A stretch of 64,000 bases of DNA from Felis catus. Taxonomy: Eukaryota. The translations under genes were made by a program, and so were the position numbers. Under the pieces are notes generated by a model, which was not told the DNA's origin, did no database searches, and was given only the letters and a program-made list of their open reading frames with translations. Positions 38,201 to 51,483 of this stretch are shown here, piece after piece (the stretch's first letter is position 1; each line of letters begins with the position of its first letter). The stretch covers positions 142,168,001 through 142,232,000 of the forward strand of contig NC_058368.1 in assembly GCF_018350175.1 (NCBI RefSeq), read 5' to 3'.

Positions 38201-40389
38201 GAGAGAACTGAGTTCTGTTCCTGGTTCCTCTATTCACTCCCTTTGTCACTGAGGCAAATTACTTACCCTGTCCAAAATCAGTTTCTTCTTCTGTCATGAA
38301 AGAGCTAAGCTTCCTTTCATTTCTCATGTCCTAGGAGTCTAATTTCATGAAAGCTAATCAATAAGCTCACCCACGGATCATATGTCTGAACATCCTGCTA
38401 TCAGTGTTCCTGGAGTGTGGTCAGCATATCACCTGTATCAGAATCATCCCAGTCCTTTAAATATGCTGAGTTTGCAATTGTTAAAGAGACTAAATAGTTG
38501 CTGATTTGGAGGGATTCCCATTAGGCCATACTTCCCAACTCTTTTCACTTCTATAGATATGGCACACATAAAAAGTGATAATGTTGGGACTCCTGGCTCC
38601 CTCAATCAGAGGAGCATGTGACTCTTGATCTTGGGGTCGTGAGTTCAAGCCCCACATTGGGTGTAGAGATTAGTTAAATAAAAACTAAAATAAAGTGGTA
38701 ATATTTATGTAGCATACTGGGGTAAGAAAGCTTAGACTGTCTCTTTGCCAACGCACATTTCACTGAGAAGCTGCCAGAAGTATCACTGAGTGAGAAAACC
38801 AAGTTGCAGAAAAATATGTATATGATCCATTTTCAAGATAATGCCAAAACTCTGTATATGTCTACATGAATATTATGTTATATTATGTGCATGTAGATAT
38901 ACAATGTTATAAGAATATTGAAAGGATCATACCAGCTTGTTAAAGAAGGGTAAGAGAGAAGGGGACACAAAGAATAAAGAGAAAAAAAAAAGTGAAAACA
39001 CCAGTATGTATGCTATGAATCCATTTATGCATTTATGTAAAATAATGTATTTGTAGATGAAGACACTTAAAAAATTAAAAATGCAGATCTATTAAAGCAG
39101 AATTTAAAGGATAGGAGATGGGAAGAGGTGGGTGTCTGCATCATTAATAAGTATTCCAAGTGATTCTGTAACAGTCAAGTCTGTAAATCTTTGTATTAGA
39201 TGCTAATATCATTAGCTGTAAACACAGTGTATTTGGAAATTTCCATCCTGCAATGCAGGCTCAACTGGTACTCACTGTCTTGGAACATAGTAGATGCATA
39301 ATAAATAGCTGCTGATTTTTTGAGTCATTTGGAGGATAGGTGAAGGGAGCGAGGGCCAAAGTGGTGAGAGAAGCAGGTCATCTGGGCAAGGTCAAGTTCA
39401 GGAGAGATGAAGCAAAAAGCATACCAGAACAAATGGGTTGGACCCTCATGCCATTTTCAGACATTCAACCTATATTTGTTAGGCACTATGTACATGTTAG
39501 ACACTTTTCTCTATCTCACATAATACCTAAATAATCCTTTACAGATTCAAAGAGATGAAGTGAGTAGCAGTACTATCAGAATTGGAATTTGAACTCAACA
39601 CATATTTTGAGCACTAAGCTAATGAACCAGACACATGGCAGCTGCTAAGGATATAGGGTGGTGATCTCAATCGTTAGCTCTTTTTCATATCTAGAATCAT
39701 GTCGCTCTACCATGATCATCTCTGTCTCTTGTCACTTATTAGCTGACCTTCCTACTCAGCTGCTTAGAAGCAGCTTCTTTTCCTATATTTCAACTTAGCT
39801 CTTGCCAAAGAGAGATTATAGTAAATGTGTGTTGTTGTTTTTTTTGTCCATTATCCCTGGCTAGTGTTTTCACAGTGGGGAGAAGTATCATTTCCCAGGT
39901 GACTTTGTGTAGTGCGAGGTCCCCCTAAATCTAAAAAGCCTAATTCTAGTTTTTTTCCAATTCTTAGGCACCTACCAAGTGAGAATAATTCTGGCTCTTG
40001 GCCGCTTCATCTGCTAAGTGCTTTTCTGTTAGAGCAGAAAGATTAAAGTGGGGAAAGAGATACTCTCTCATTGAGTTCAGGGGTAGGGTAACAAATGGTA
40101 CAAAAAATTCTTCTCACGTACCCATTTTTCGGTGACCTCATCCCTGGCGTTGGGGAGCATCAGGAAAAAAAAATCAAAGGTGTATATTTTGCGCCTAAAT
40201 ACCTTTAAGTTAAAAAAAAAATGCATTTTGTCAACCACTAACATTAACTTGGGGACCTTGATTTCTGAACTCGTGTCACCCTCACCCTCGTCCCCCTTGG
40301 TTTCCGGAGAAGTAGCCATTATGCAGATTCCGGAGAATGGGAGCAGGGGCTGGACCAAGCCTGGTACTGTATCTTCCCTCTTTCTCAAA

Positions 40390-41720
40390 CCTCCGCCGAG
40401 CCAGTCCGCATCGGTAACGCGAGACTGGTCTCCGTGATTTGTCAGTAACCTAGAGTCGAGGGACCGGAAGGCTGGAGGCTGAGATTCCCAGGTGGGGTCG
40501 AGTGGGGTGTGTGCCCGGAATTCATTAGCGAGGGCAGGCCCCCCACGAGACGTTATCTTTGGAAACAGTGTGGAGCTTCTACCGCTGCCCGCGCTTCTGC
40601 AGTCCTGGGCTGGAAGCGTGGTTAAATAGCCGCTCCCTCCCCAGGTATGCAGCCAGCATTCCAGGCTGTCCTCCTAACCTGGGGGAATACTGTCAGTGTC
40701 TTTCTTATTCACGAAGTACCACCTCTTTCCCAAGTCACGTTCGATCACAGGGAGCCGATTTTAAATCGATAATAATATAATTAAGTCCAGCCAGACGCAT
40801 TCCTCGTCAAGACGCAGGAACCTCAGGCAGGCCCACGGTACGTGGAACGGGTCACTCCGCTCCCCGCTCCCGACTCCCTCCGCCCCTAGTCCCCACTCGG
40901 TCGTAGCCAAAGCCCGGAACGCTGGATCCCGGCCCGCATGAACGGGACGGCGAACGGGAGCTGCGCCGCCGGCCGGGAGCCCGTGGCACCGGGCATGCTC
41001 AGTGGCGCGGCCGGCTGGGTGGCCCCGAGAGCTGCACCCGGATCTGCTCGGCGGCGGCGGCGGCGGCGACGTGAGCGCGCAGGGGGGCGGCGGCCTCGCT
41101 TCGTCTCTCTCTCTGCGCCTGGGTCCGGTGGGTGACGCCAAGCGCGAGAGAGATGTCGGATTTCGACAGTAACCCGTTTGCGGACCCGGATCTCAACAAC
41201 CCTTTCAAGGTGAGCGTGGTCCCCAGCAGTCTCCTGCCGCCTCGACGCGTCGTTGTTTGTGAAAAGGACAAGTTCTTTCGCGCCCCCTGAGCCTGCCCCT
41301 CGGCTCCCCTCAGCCGCTTAGTTTTGGTGTTCAGGGCCGCCGCAACCCGTTTGGGGGTCGCGCCCAGGCCCTCGCACCCCTCGTTTGGGGGTTGGAGTGG
41401 AACGTCTTAAGCTCCTTCCCCCGCCGCCCCCTCCGCACATTCCCGACTGGCGAGGGTTTTGCCCTAGTCTGGGAGTGGGCCCGCGCGTCGGGAGGGTTCC
41501 TGGATCGTCTCTCGGGAGCGAGGAGAGTAGAGCTCAGGGCAGGTGGAGTTGTCACTTGACAGGCGAGTGTGGCTGTCCGGGCCCGGGTTGGGGCCGGGAG
41601 GCGGCGGAAAGGGATCTTCCTCGGGTGGGGTTGTCATGGGGACCCGCGGCGGTGGCGAAGAGCTGCGTGGAGTGATGGCAGAGGTGTAGAGGAGAGGTGA
41701 GGGCACCGAGTACGCTGCAA
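40390..41720. promoter_or_regulatory. SCAMP1: CpG island / SCAMP1 promoter and 5'UTR
   Basis: Abrupt switch to GC-rich, CpG-dense, repeat-free sequence around exon 1. Contains (CGG)6 at 41049-41066, an NRF1-like GCATGCTCAGT near 40993 and CRE-like GACGTG/TGACG motifs near 41068 and 41133. No TATA box seen. Confidence 0.9.
41153..41209 (+). CDS. SCAMP1: Secretory carrier-associated membrane protein 1, first coding exon (19 codons, phase-0 intron follows)
   Basis: ATG TCG GAT TTC GAC AGT AAC CCG TTT GCG GAC CCG GAT CTC AAC AAC CCT TTC AAG = MSDFDSNPFADPDLNNPFK, the SCAMP1 N-terminus with two NPF motifs. It is followed by a canonical donor AAG|GTGAGC and sits in a CpG island. Too short for the ORF track. 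Confidence 0.96.
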
Positions 41721-44700
41721 TTAGAAAAAAAAAAAAAAAAAAAAAGGTTGTGATTTTATTTTTTAAACTTGTGTTGCGCCCACATACCACCAGCGGCGCT
41801 GCCATCCCCCTTCCCCCCATTTGGTTGGGGTTGAGGGTACTGATATCAAAGCGGGAGTTAAAAATAAACAAACACACCTGGAAAACAATAGTGCACGTGG
41901 ACGACCATCTTCCTACCTAACTGCTGTTAGTAAGGTGAACGACGGGATGTTTTCCAAGCTCCTAGTGCGTCACCGGTTCCCTGGGCTGTGTAAGGATTGC
42001 ATTTCCTACGTGAGCTTCTTTCTTTCTTGGAGTCAACCTTATCAACCCCAGCTTTGGAAGAGCTTGGCACAGAAACGGGCAAATGAAGGAGGCTGAGATG
42101 TTGTGTGCTTAAGCGAATGCAACATCTGAGTAAATCCCTATTTAAAAAAATATTCCAATTTTCTTAATGGACTCAGCTGCTTACACGTGTAATTTGTTTC
42201 CAACTCTTGGTCGAAGTTCATTAATTTTTCCTGGATATGTGCAGTAGTCACCTTAATTTGTAGTCACACAAAACGAGAGAGTAACTTGAATTTGTGGTCA
42301 CACAAGTGTCGCTTCTGGCTTGAGTTTACATTTTGTTACTTGTGGTTTTATCTCTTATTAAGAATTCTGGAAGGGGGTGGAGCATGTGACTCGATCCCAG
42401 GGTTGTGAGTTCGAGCCTCGTATTGGGTGTAGAGATTAATTAACCATAGAATCTTTAAAAAAAAAAAAAAGTAAGAAAGTCATTTAAGAATATTCTATGC
42501 AACTGGCCTGGAACTTTCAGGCTTTAAAGCTGATATGGTTACACTTTAAGGAGAGCCCACCCTCTCAATTTAGTATTTTGTATTACATCATTCCATGTTG
42601 TGGAAAATATTGTTCTTTAATCATAGAAATTCTGAACAGACATAACTTGCCAAATAGGTGTTATTTAAAAATATTTGGAAGGTATAACATTAAGAACCTA
42701 TTACCTTTTCCTAATTCAGATAATTCATTGATACTATTTATTCAGCATCTGACAGTTGGGCTGTTTTCTGTTTGGTTATTCCATTTCATGGCTCATTTTA
42801 TATAGCTAATTCTCTTGTTAGGGCAAGACACTGTTTTCTACTTAGCCTAGACTGCTCTTTTGTGACATCTGATGTTGCCATGACACTTTGCTTTTCTGCC
42901 ATCCGTTACATTGTTGTAGTAATTCTAAACCCAAAAGTAGTTTTCCATACTCATTCATTGTGGCATAGAATTATAAACCTTTTTTGTTCCTTATAAGTGG
43001 ATGCACTCACAGGACGATGATTATTCATCCATAAAATGCTTCCAAGGGATGGATAATTTAGGCCTAGAGAAGACTTGTTTATGACCATACCCTGTTTTTG
43101 GCAACTGTCATAGCACTGTGTATCTGACCCTTTATCTTTCCTTTTGTGTCTAGCTGCCCCCTTTTTTTTTTTTTTAATGTTTATTTAGTTATTTTGGCGA
43201 AATAGATCGTGAGCAGGGAGGGGCAGAGAGAGGGAGACAATCCCAAGTAGGCTCCCTATCGCATCGATGCAGAGCCTGATGCAGGGCTCCAACTCACGAA
43301 CTGTGAGATCATGACCTAGGTGGAAACGAATTGTCAGAGGAGGCACTCCTACCCTTCTTAAAGTAAAGGTTTGCCTCTGTAGCTTATTCTTTCTTCTTTC
43401 GGTTTACTTTTATGTAAGTGTGATTTTTGAAATAGCTTTTCTGGTCCTCCCTCCTTAAATATAAAAGTTCCTGGATTTATCATTTTAACTTAAGACCATC
43501 TTTCTTTTCAGATCTGTTCTAATTTCTAGTATTTCAGTAATCAAAAATTTCATATTTCCAAAATACATGTTTCACATTTGGCAACCATCCTGATTTCTTC
43601 TTGGTTAAAAAGCTGTTTGATTTCTATTGCTTTTTCAGTTCTTCAACATTTCTTTTCCTTCACTTTTATGTTAGAAGCACTTGTCATCTTCATTTGAACT
43701 GTCATGAAAATAATTTGAAGATAATCTCCTTAAATAATGTAACTGTAATGGCTTACAGAATTTTATTAGCTGCTATAAAATTGTTTGCTGGATTCAATTT
43801 ATTTTTTTGAGCTCCTGCTTGATTCTAGTGGTTGTGATAGGCTCACTGAAAGAATTCATGGAATTTGAGTAGTTTTTATTGCGCATCAAGAAACTTGGAG
43901 TAACTGGAAATATGTAGTAATCTGAAAAATAGATTATTACATGGATGTTCCTGAGAAGCTACTCTTGTTATAATGTGGATTTAAAGCTATAGAGGAAAAA
44001 TATTTTTCACGTAGTCAACATTTATTGTTTTCTGTCTTCTGTTCAGTTATTCATTTATTCCATAGATAGTGAAGAAATATATATCCTTAAGGCTATTAGT
44101 CTAACATGTAGACAGACATGCTTCAGAAGCAAAATAGAGTAAAATAATCACCAGAGATCAATAATTTAATACGGTTCTTATAAGTCAGTGTAAGTGTATG
44201 AGTAAGTACCAGAATGAGTTGATTCAAAGGAAAGAAAGATTAATAAGTGGTAAGAAGACCTTCATATCTTTTGATATGCCTTACCATATTAATATGCTAA
44301 TTGATTGGATTGGAAAACTCACTTTGGAAATAAATTTTTATGTAATTAAAAAAAGTAGAACTTTCAAGTCTGGGAAGGGAAAATCTACAGTGACTTATTG
44401 AGATCTCATTTTTCGGACGAAAAAAAGCCCAGAGATAAGATATTTCACGGATAGCAGTCGTTCTAATTTCTTCTTGATTAAAAACTCATGATTCTCATTG
44501 TTAACTTGCCCATTGTCTTATACCCAGGTGTAGGTGGTGTAGAATTGGCACTAGAATTTAAATCTTACTCTTAGCTGCTGATGGCACTCTCTTTGCTCAT
44601 TGATTGCATTTCTGACACCAGATTCTTGTTTTGTATTTGGAGTTTGGACTTGAGGCTCTCATACAGAGACAGCAGAAGGACATATTTAAAGGTTTCTGCT

Positions 44701-45807
44701 GAAGAGTTTAAAACAACTCAGCATTTGATTCTGGCTTTGTCACTAGCTGTGATACCTTGGAAAATTGCTTACCCTCTTTATACCTCTGTTCTGTGAAATA
44801 GGATGATAGGATCTTCTCCATAGGGTTGTTAATAGGATTAGATGAACATATATTTAGTATGTAATAAGTGCTCAATGCATGGTGGCTTTAATTCGTTAAT
44901 TACTAATAAGTAATAATAGTAATTCAAGAAATTGCCTTTAAACACATTTAACTATATTCTTGGCTTAGTGATTTAGTGAAGTTGACACACAGTGTTCCAT
45001 TAGACTATGGTATATAACATATTCCACAAGTCTGTATATTATACTATGCTCACCTCAAGTGTAGCTACCATGTGTTACAACACTATTATAATATGATTGT
45101 GTTTACATTCTCTATGCTGTACCTCCCTAAGGCTTACTTATTTCATAAAAGTTCATGTTCCTTTACACTCTTTGAGGCTGCTAGTAGTGTTTGGCAGGTC
45201 ACAGTTGAGGAATCATGGCCAAACAGAAGTGGGTTTGCTCTAGGTCGCTGCTAGACTAGACCCAGGTTGCCTGAATTCTAGTGCTTTGTCACTTACAAAG
45301 GCTTCCCCCCTAAGAAAAGAACTCTATTCTTTTGGGCCTCAAAAATTCTTTCTTACAATCATCTCTTGAAAGTGGGCTACAATTCACCATTCCTTGTGAT
45401 ATTTAAGCTACAGTAATTCTAGTAGTTCTAAGAGTTGAGAACGAGTTGAAAATTGAAAACTTTATTGTTAAAAAGTGACCCGTAATTCAAGGATCCTATC
45501 TATTTTGTTTTCATTTATAGTTAGTTGATGTCACTCCTCTCTTATCCATTTAAAATTTATGACTGGATATTGGCTAGCACTAGGAAAGGATTGTGAGGAT
45601 TTCTTCTGTGATAGTCTAACATTGCTAACTTTATCTTTCAGCTTTAATCTGGGACATAGTGATATTAATTTATGGTCTGTGGTATTTTGTGGTGATGCCA
45701 AGTGCATAAGTTGGTACTTGATTTTCCTCAAGTTGGTACTTTTAAAAAGCATGTACTGAGCTGCTGATTATATTTCATCAAATTAAGATGCATCATTATT
45801 TACCATT

Positions 45808-46616
45808 GTCTCAGTTGCCTATTGCTGTATAACAATCCCAAAATTTAGTGGCTTAAAACAACAATTACTTGCTCATCAGTCTGTTATTTGAGCTAGACTT
45901 AGTTGGGCAGTTTGGTTTTGAATGTTATTCCCTGGAATCACTTCGTCTCATCGCTTATCTGGGGCTGTCACTGGGGGCAGTAATTGGTTCTTTTTTATGT
46001 GGCCTTTCCATTAGGAATAGCCTGGGCTTTTTCCATAGTGGGAGTAGTGTTCCAAGAGGGCAAGAGGGGAAGCTAAAGGCTTCTTGAGTCATTTTTCTTC
46101 TGCTACATTTGTTAGTCAAAGAAGACACAAAGCCAGACCAGATTAAAAAAGGAGTGGGAAGGATTACATTAGATTTTACTCCTTGATGGGAGGAGGTGTG
46201 TCCCTCTTGATACAGACCTAGGGAGTAAAAAGATATACCCAGCATAAAATGATGAGACAAATACAGGATGACCCCTGTAGACACTCCCATTCAAGTATGG
46301 GAGAAGTGGGAGACAGCTAGCAGTTGCTTGTCCCTGGCAAGTCTGAAATCCAGCCAGGCTCATTTGTCGGGGCCCCCTAATTTGGGGGCGATGAGTGTTT
46401 CTTGAATAGAGCCTTTTTCTGCTACCTAGAAGTCTTTGCCTAATTGTTGTTTTCTTCTGCTTTTGGTTCCAGTCTCTGATAAGTCCTCTTTTTCTGTAAG
46501 AAATGTTTGCAGCTGAGTAGCATTTTCAGTTTGCTTCTTATCCACTAAACGTTGGGAGTCCAGAAGCCTCTTTTCATTGAAATATCTCTGTTTTATATAG
46601 TCCAGGCTGGCCCAAA

Positions 46617-46687
<71 letters not shown>

Positions 46688-48250
46688 AACCAAGATTTAA
46701 TGTACATTTATTCTTAACATGTGGAACATATAGTATAAAGATTTCATACTGAATAAATGATACTCATTAAGCCAAAAGAAAAAAGGAGGAATTTACTTCA
46801 AGTTTTAGCTACATTGTTTGAAATACAAATATGCAGATTTTATCACTAAAAAATCTCAATTGTGTTTCTTCATCAGGAACTTCAACTGAACCTAGAACTT
46901 TTTCACTTGTCAATTAGAAAGAAAACAAAACAAAACAAATACCCAGGAAAAAGTAAACTAGAAGTTAATTGGCTGCTGAGACAGCAAGGGGTTTTTACAG
47001 AGACCTGTACAGCACTGTGCCAAGAGGGGCGATGTCTGGCAAGAGATTAAATAGCTGTGTCTCGCTGTGCAGGTCACCAACTTCACTCATCATACTAAAG
47101 GGTAGCTGGGAGGGGGACCAAACTGTGGGATCCAAGGGTACATGCAATGTACAATGTCGTGTATATATATGTGTGTGTGTGTGTATGTGTGTGTGTGTAA
47201 ATATATATATATAATATATATATAATATATAATATATATAATATATATAATATAATAAATATGTATATATATAAATATATATATATATTTACACACACAC
47301 ACATACACACACACACATATATATACACACACACACACATATGTATATGTATACACACACATATATACACACACATACACACAGGTGGCAGTGCAGCTGC
47401 TGCAGCTAAAGGTTAAAACCAGTTCTAAGAGGTGATCTCAGGGTTATTCATACAATCAGGGAGGAGAGAAAGTAGTGTGTTGTAGGTTCACACATGATAC
47501 TTTGGGTGAAAAGCCTTTTCTTTTTTCCTCAATTTTTTTTTTTAATGTCTATTTATTTTTGAGAGAGAGAGACAGTGCGAGCAGGGGAGGGGCAGAGATA
47601 GAGACAGACAGAGAGAGAGAGAGACAGACTTTGAAGCAGACTCCAGGCTCTGAGCTGTCAGCACAAAGCCTGATGCAGGGCTCTAACCCACAAACTGCGA
47701 GACCATGACCTGAGCCGAAGTCAGATGCTTAACTGACCGCCCAGGCGCCTCTCTCCTCAATGTTTAACTAAAAACATTCTTAAAACTGCAGCTTGCTGCT
47801 GGCACAGTGTTTTCTCTTGTTTCCATGTGAGACATTATTATTACAGTATGTTTACAGTATCAGGTGTACAGTACATAAAAGGGTCTACACTCCACTGCAC
47901 AGGCCTCGCTAGTGAATAGGGTCTGTCCACAACTGCGAACTTTCCAGATCCTGGAGGCTGGTCTAGATCTCTTTAACAATTTGTTGTTAATTTTTACCAG
48001 GGTTCAAACTAGCCCTTAAAACACATCTGTAATTCATTTTGAGACCATCTTCTTCAGGTAGAGTGTCAGGGTGCTCTGGATCAGGACTGTTAAGAGATTT
48101 AGAAAACATTTTGTCTAGCTTGAGCATCTCCTATGGCTGCTAAAATTTCTCAGGCAGGTACAATGGGAGGCTGTTAGTGTGGGTGGAGTACCTTTTACAA
48201 ATGCTATGTGGCAAAACTAGTATTTGAACATGATTTTATTTTGGTCTCAA
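45808..48250. mobile_element. Composite MaLR/ERVL-type LTR sequence with nested insertions
   Basis: TGTCTCAGTTGCCTATTGCTGTATAACAA...AAAATTTAGTGGCTTAAAACAACA is an MLT-type start. Interrupted by (CT)n at 46617-46683, a microsatellite at 47159-47382 and a SINE at 47533-47750. Confidence 0.55.
47159..47382. repeat. Compound (GT)n-(AT)n-(AC)n microsatellite
   Basis: Directly visible in the sequence. Confidence 0.95.
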
Positions 48251-48269
48251 GGCCTTAAGAAGTTTTTAA

Positions 48270-48683
48270 ATTTTAATTTTTTGTTATTTTAGAGAGTGAG
48301 AGAAGAATAAGCGTAGGAGAGGGGCAGAGGGAGAGAGAATCCTTAAAAAAATTTTTTTAAATGTTTTATTTATTTTTGAGACAGAGAGACAGAGCATGAG
48401 TGGGGTAGGGGCAGAGAGAGAGGGAGACACAGAATCTGAAGCAGGCTCTAGGCTCTGGGCTGTCAGCACAAAGCCCGACATGGCGCACGAACTTATGAAC
48501 CATGAGATCATGAGCTGAGCTGAAGTTGGACACCCAAGTGACTGAGCCACCCAGGCACCCTGAGGGAGAGAGAATGTTAACTGGGTCCAAACTAAATGTA
48601 GGGCCCCATCCCGTCACCATTGGATCATGATTTGAGCTGAAATCAAGAGTCGGGTGTGCAACCGACTGAGCCACCCAGTGCCC
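48270..48683 (-). mobile_element. Nested Can-SINEs (inner copy ~48342-48561)
   Basis: TSD GAGGGAGAGAGAAT at 48327-48340 and 48562-48575 splits the outer SINE. Confidence 0.9.
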
Positions 48684-48988
48684 TGATACCATGACTTTAA
48701 CAATAATCATAATTGAGATGGTGATGGCGAAAACTTTGAAAGTAAAATATTCTTTTGCTGATATGACCAAAGAAAATTTTTTTTTTGGAGTACAATTAAT
48801 ATTCAGTAGTGTTGAAATGCAGATCCAGGAAATTTTTTTAGACGATATTTTCTTAACATGAATCCCCAGAGTGATACAGTAATTAACGAAATTAGTAATG
48901 GGTTCCTAAAAATGAATCGGCAATATTCTGCTCTTGTCCAACCCGCAGGTATTGTGTTCAATTCCAAGTGCATATTTAAAGAGTGGCT

Positions 48989-49220
48989 TGGGGCGCCTGG
49001 GTGGCGCAGTCGGTTAAGCGTCCGACTTCAGCCAGGTCACGATCTCGCGGTCCGGGAGTTCGAGCCCCGCGTCGGGCTCTGGGCTGATGGCTCAGAGCCT
49101 GGAGCCTGTTTCCGATTCTGTGTCTCCCTCTCTCTCTGCCCCTCCCCCGCTCATGCTCTGTCTCTCTCTGTCCCAAAAATAAATAAACGTTGAAAAAAAA
49201 AAATTAAAAAAAAAAAAAAA
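48989..49220 (+). mobile_element. Young feline SINE (SINEC_Fc-type) in SCAMP1 intron 1
   Basis: CpG-intact body, long A tail, TSD AAAGAGTGGCTT. Confidence 0.95.
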
Positions 49221-51483
49221 AGAGTGGCTTGAACAAAACAGGACGTGCCTAAAGAAGTCAGAATGGCCGTGGGTCTGGAATCAAATCCTAGGAAGAATAT
49301 TTAAAATTACTGAGTGGGTTTAGTCTACAGAAGGCTAAAAGGACGTGTGAGATAGGTAGTTAAAGTCTTCTATAAATTTGTTTTTGCTTCAGGAAAAAAA
49401 GTTTAAGGCCAATTGCCAGAGTTTACATGAAGGTAGATTTTTGTCTTAACATGAAGGTTTAAAAAAAATCTGTTAGAATAGCCTGACAATGCTTTTTTGG
49501 TATAGAGTTCACCAGCACTTGAAGGAATTCAGGCAGAATTTGGATGACGTATCAGAGATGCTAAGGTAGAGATTTTTGTGTTGCAAGTTTTTTCTACTTT
49601 GAGACCCTGTAATTGTTAGATTTTTGTGCTTTTATGGACCATTTTGTGATTCATAAATTCTCTTCTGTTGTAATCTATTGATGTTGGGATTGAGTCTGAT
49701 CATCTAAACTAGATAGCAGGCTTTGTATTTTAGGCGGCTGCTATGCTCTGAGCCTCAGGCTCTGCTCAGAGAGCAGCCCTAAGTGGTTGCTTACATATAG
49801 ATGATCATGTCCTCTGCTGTGTGGCTGTTAAAATGCTGTCCTCAGTTGACTAATCTTAATTGAAGCTACCTGGCCCAAAGAAAGCCATTTTTCTAGATGA
49901 TCAGGAGCAGATAAGATTGCTTGATGCAAAATTTTGCTCCAACAGGAACAGTGATAGTTCAGTGATGTATGTTTCTCAGGAACATGCACAGAGAAAAAAT
50001 CATGAAGTCATGGTGGAATAACCATGGAAAGACGTGAGGAAAGAGCCAAATTATCTTTAAAAAAATTTTTTTTAAGTTTATTCATTTATTGAGAGACAGA
50101 GAATCCCAAGCAAGCTCTACAACAGCAGCGCTCAGCCCGATGTAGGGCTCAAACTCATGAACCATGAGATCATGACCTGAGCCAAAACCGAGAGTCAGAT
50201 GCTTAACCCACTGAGCCACGCAGGCACCCCGAGAGCCAAATAACCTTAATCACAAAGCACTGGAGTAGTAATTGTCTAACTAGGGCTTCTGAGGGTCATT
50301 TTCTATAATTCCTGTTTCTTAATACAGTTGCTCTTGAACTTTAAGAGATGTAGCTACATTTTGAAGAATTCCAGTCTCTGAAACTTGGCTTCCTTCTTTA
50401 TGTGTGTTTAAAATAGCCTTTCCTCCCCCAGCATTTGAGATGACTTGAGTCTTTTTCTTTCAACCAGAATTGCCAAAAGATAATTGGGAAGTAACATTTT
50501 CTTGGCAAAACCATGATAGAATTAAGCCTGTATTTAGATAAAGTACAGATCTAAATGATAGAATACAGGTCTACATGATTTGATTAAACCTGTATCTAGT
50601 TTTTGGTGATAGAGTAATGAAAATCCAAATACAAGGAGATGTCATTAAATCACAAGGGAGAAATTTTCCAACTTAAGATAGGTGAGGGAAATAAAAGATG
50701 ATGTGTGGAGGTTGGTTGGATTTGACTATACCAGATCTCCGTGGCACTTTTCTTCTGTTTCATTTGTTCCTACTGAGACAGCCTATATTGTCCAGTAGCT
50801 TTTGTCTTCACATTGTAGACAAGTGTTGGAGCCCCCTTCCTTGTGTAAGAACTGCCAGTAAGAATTGTGTATGAACTCTACACTACCTTGTGTATGAACC
50901 TGTATGAAGAGAGCAATCCAGTAATCTCTCTGGTATTTGGCTTTGGGTGCTTTTAAGAATTAGTAATGCCAGTTCATCATTTGATGGGAATTTGGGTAAT
51001 TAGGGACCGTTTGACTGTTGTGAATAATGCTTCTGTAAACGTTTGTGCACAAGTTTTTGTTTGAACACTAGTTTTAAATTCTTTCGAGTATTTACCAGAA
51101 GTGGGGTTGCTGGGTCATATAATAATTATGTGCAATCATTTGAGGAATCGCTAGACTGTTTTCCAAATTGGCTGCCCCATTTTATATTGGAACCAGTAGC
51201 GTATGAGAGATTTGCTTTATCTCCATTCTTGTCAACACTTGTTATTATCTTTTTATGATTCTAGCCATCCTAGTGGGTTTGGAGTATCTTAGTGTGGTTT
51301 TGATTTGCATTCCTCTGATGGCTGTATGGTGTCAAGCATATTTTTATGTGCTTTTTGGCCATTTGTGTATGTTTGGAGAAATATCTATTCAGGTCCTTTG
51401 CCTATTTTTGAATTGGGTTGTCATTTTTATTATTGAATTATAAGATCTTTTTATATATTCTGGATACAAGTCTTTTATCCAAG

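Noticed and set aside
40559..41877. Several overlapping 65-137 aa ORFs on both strands
   Set aside because: Expected in a GC-rich CpG island where stops are scarce. The peptides are low-complexity, and the real coding segment is the 57-nt SCAMP1 exon.
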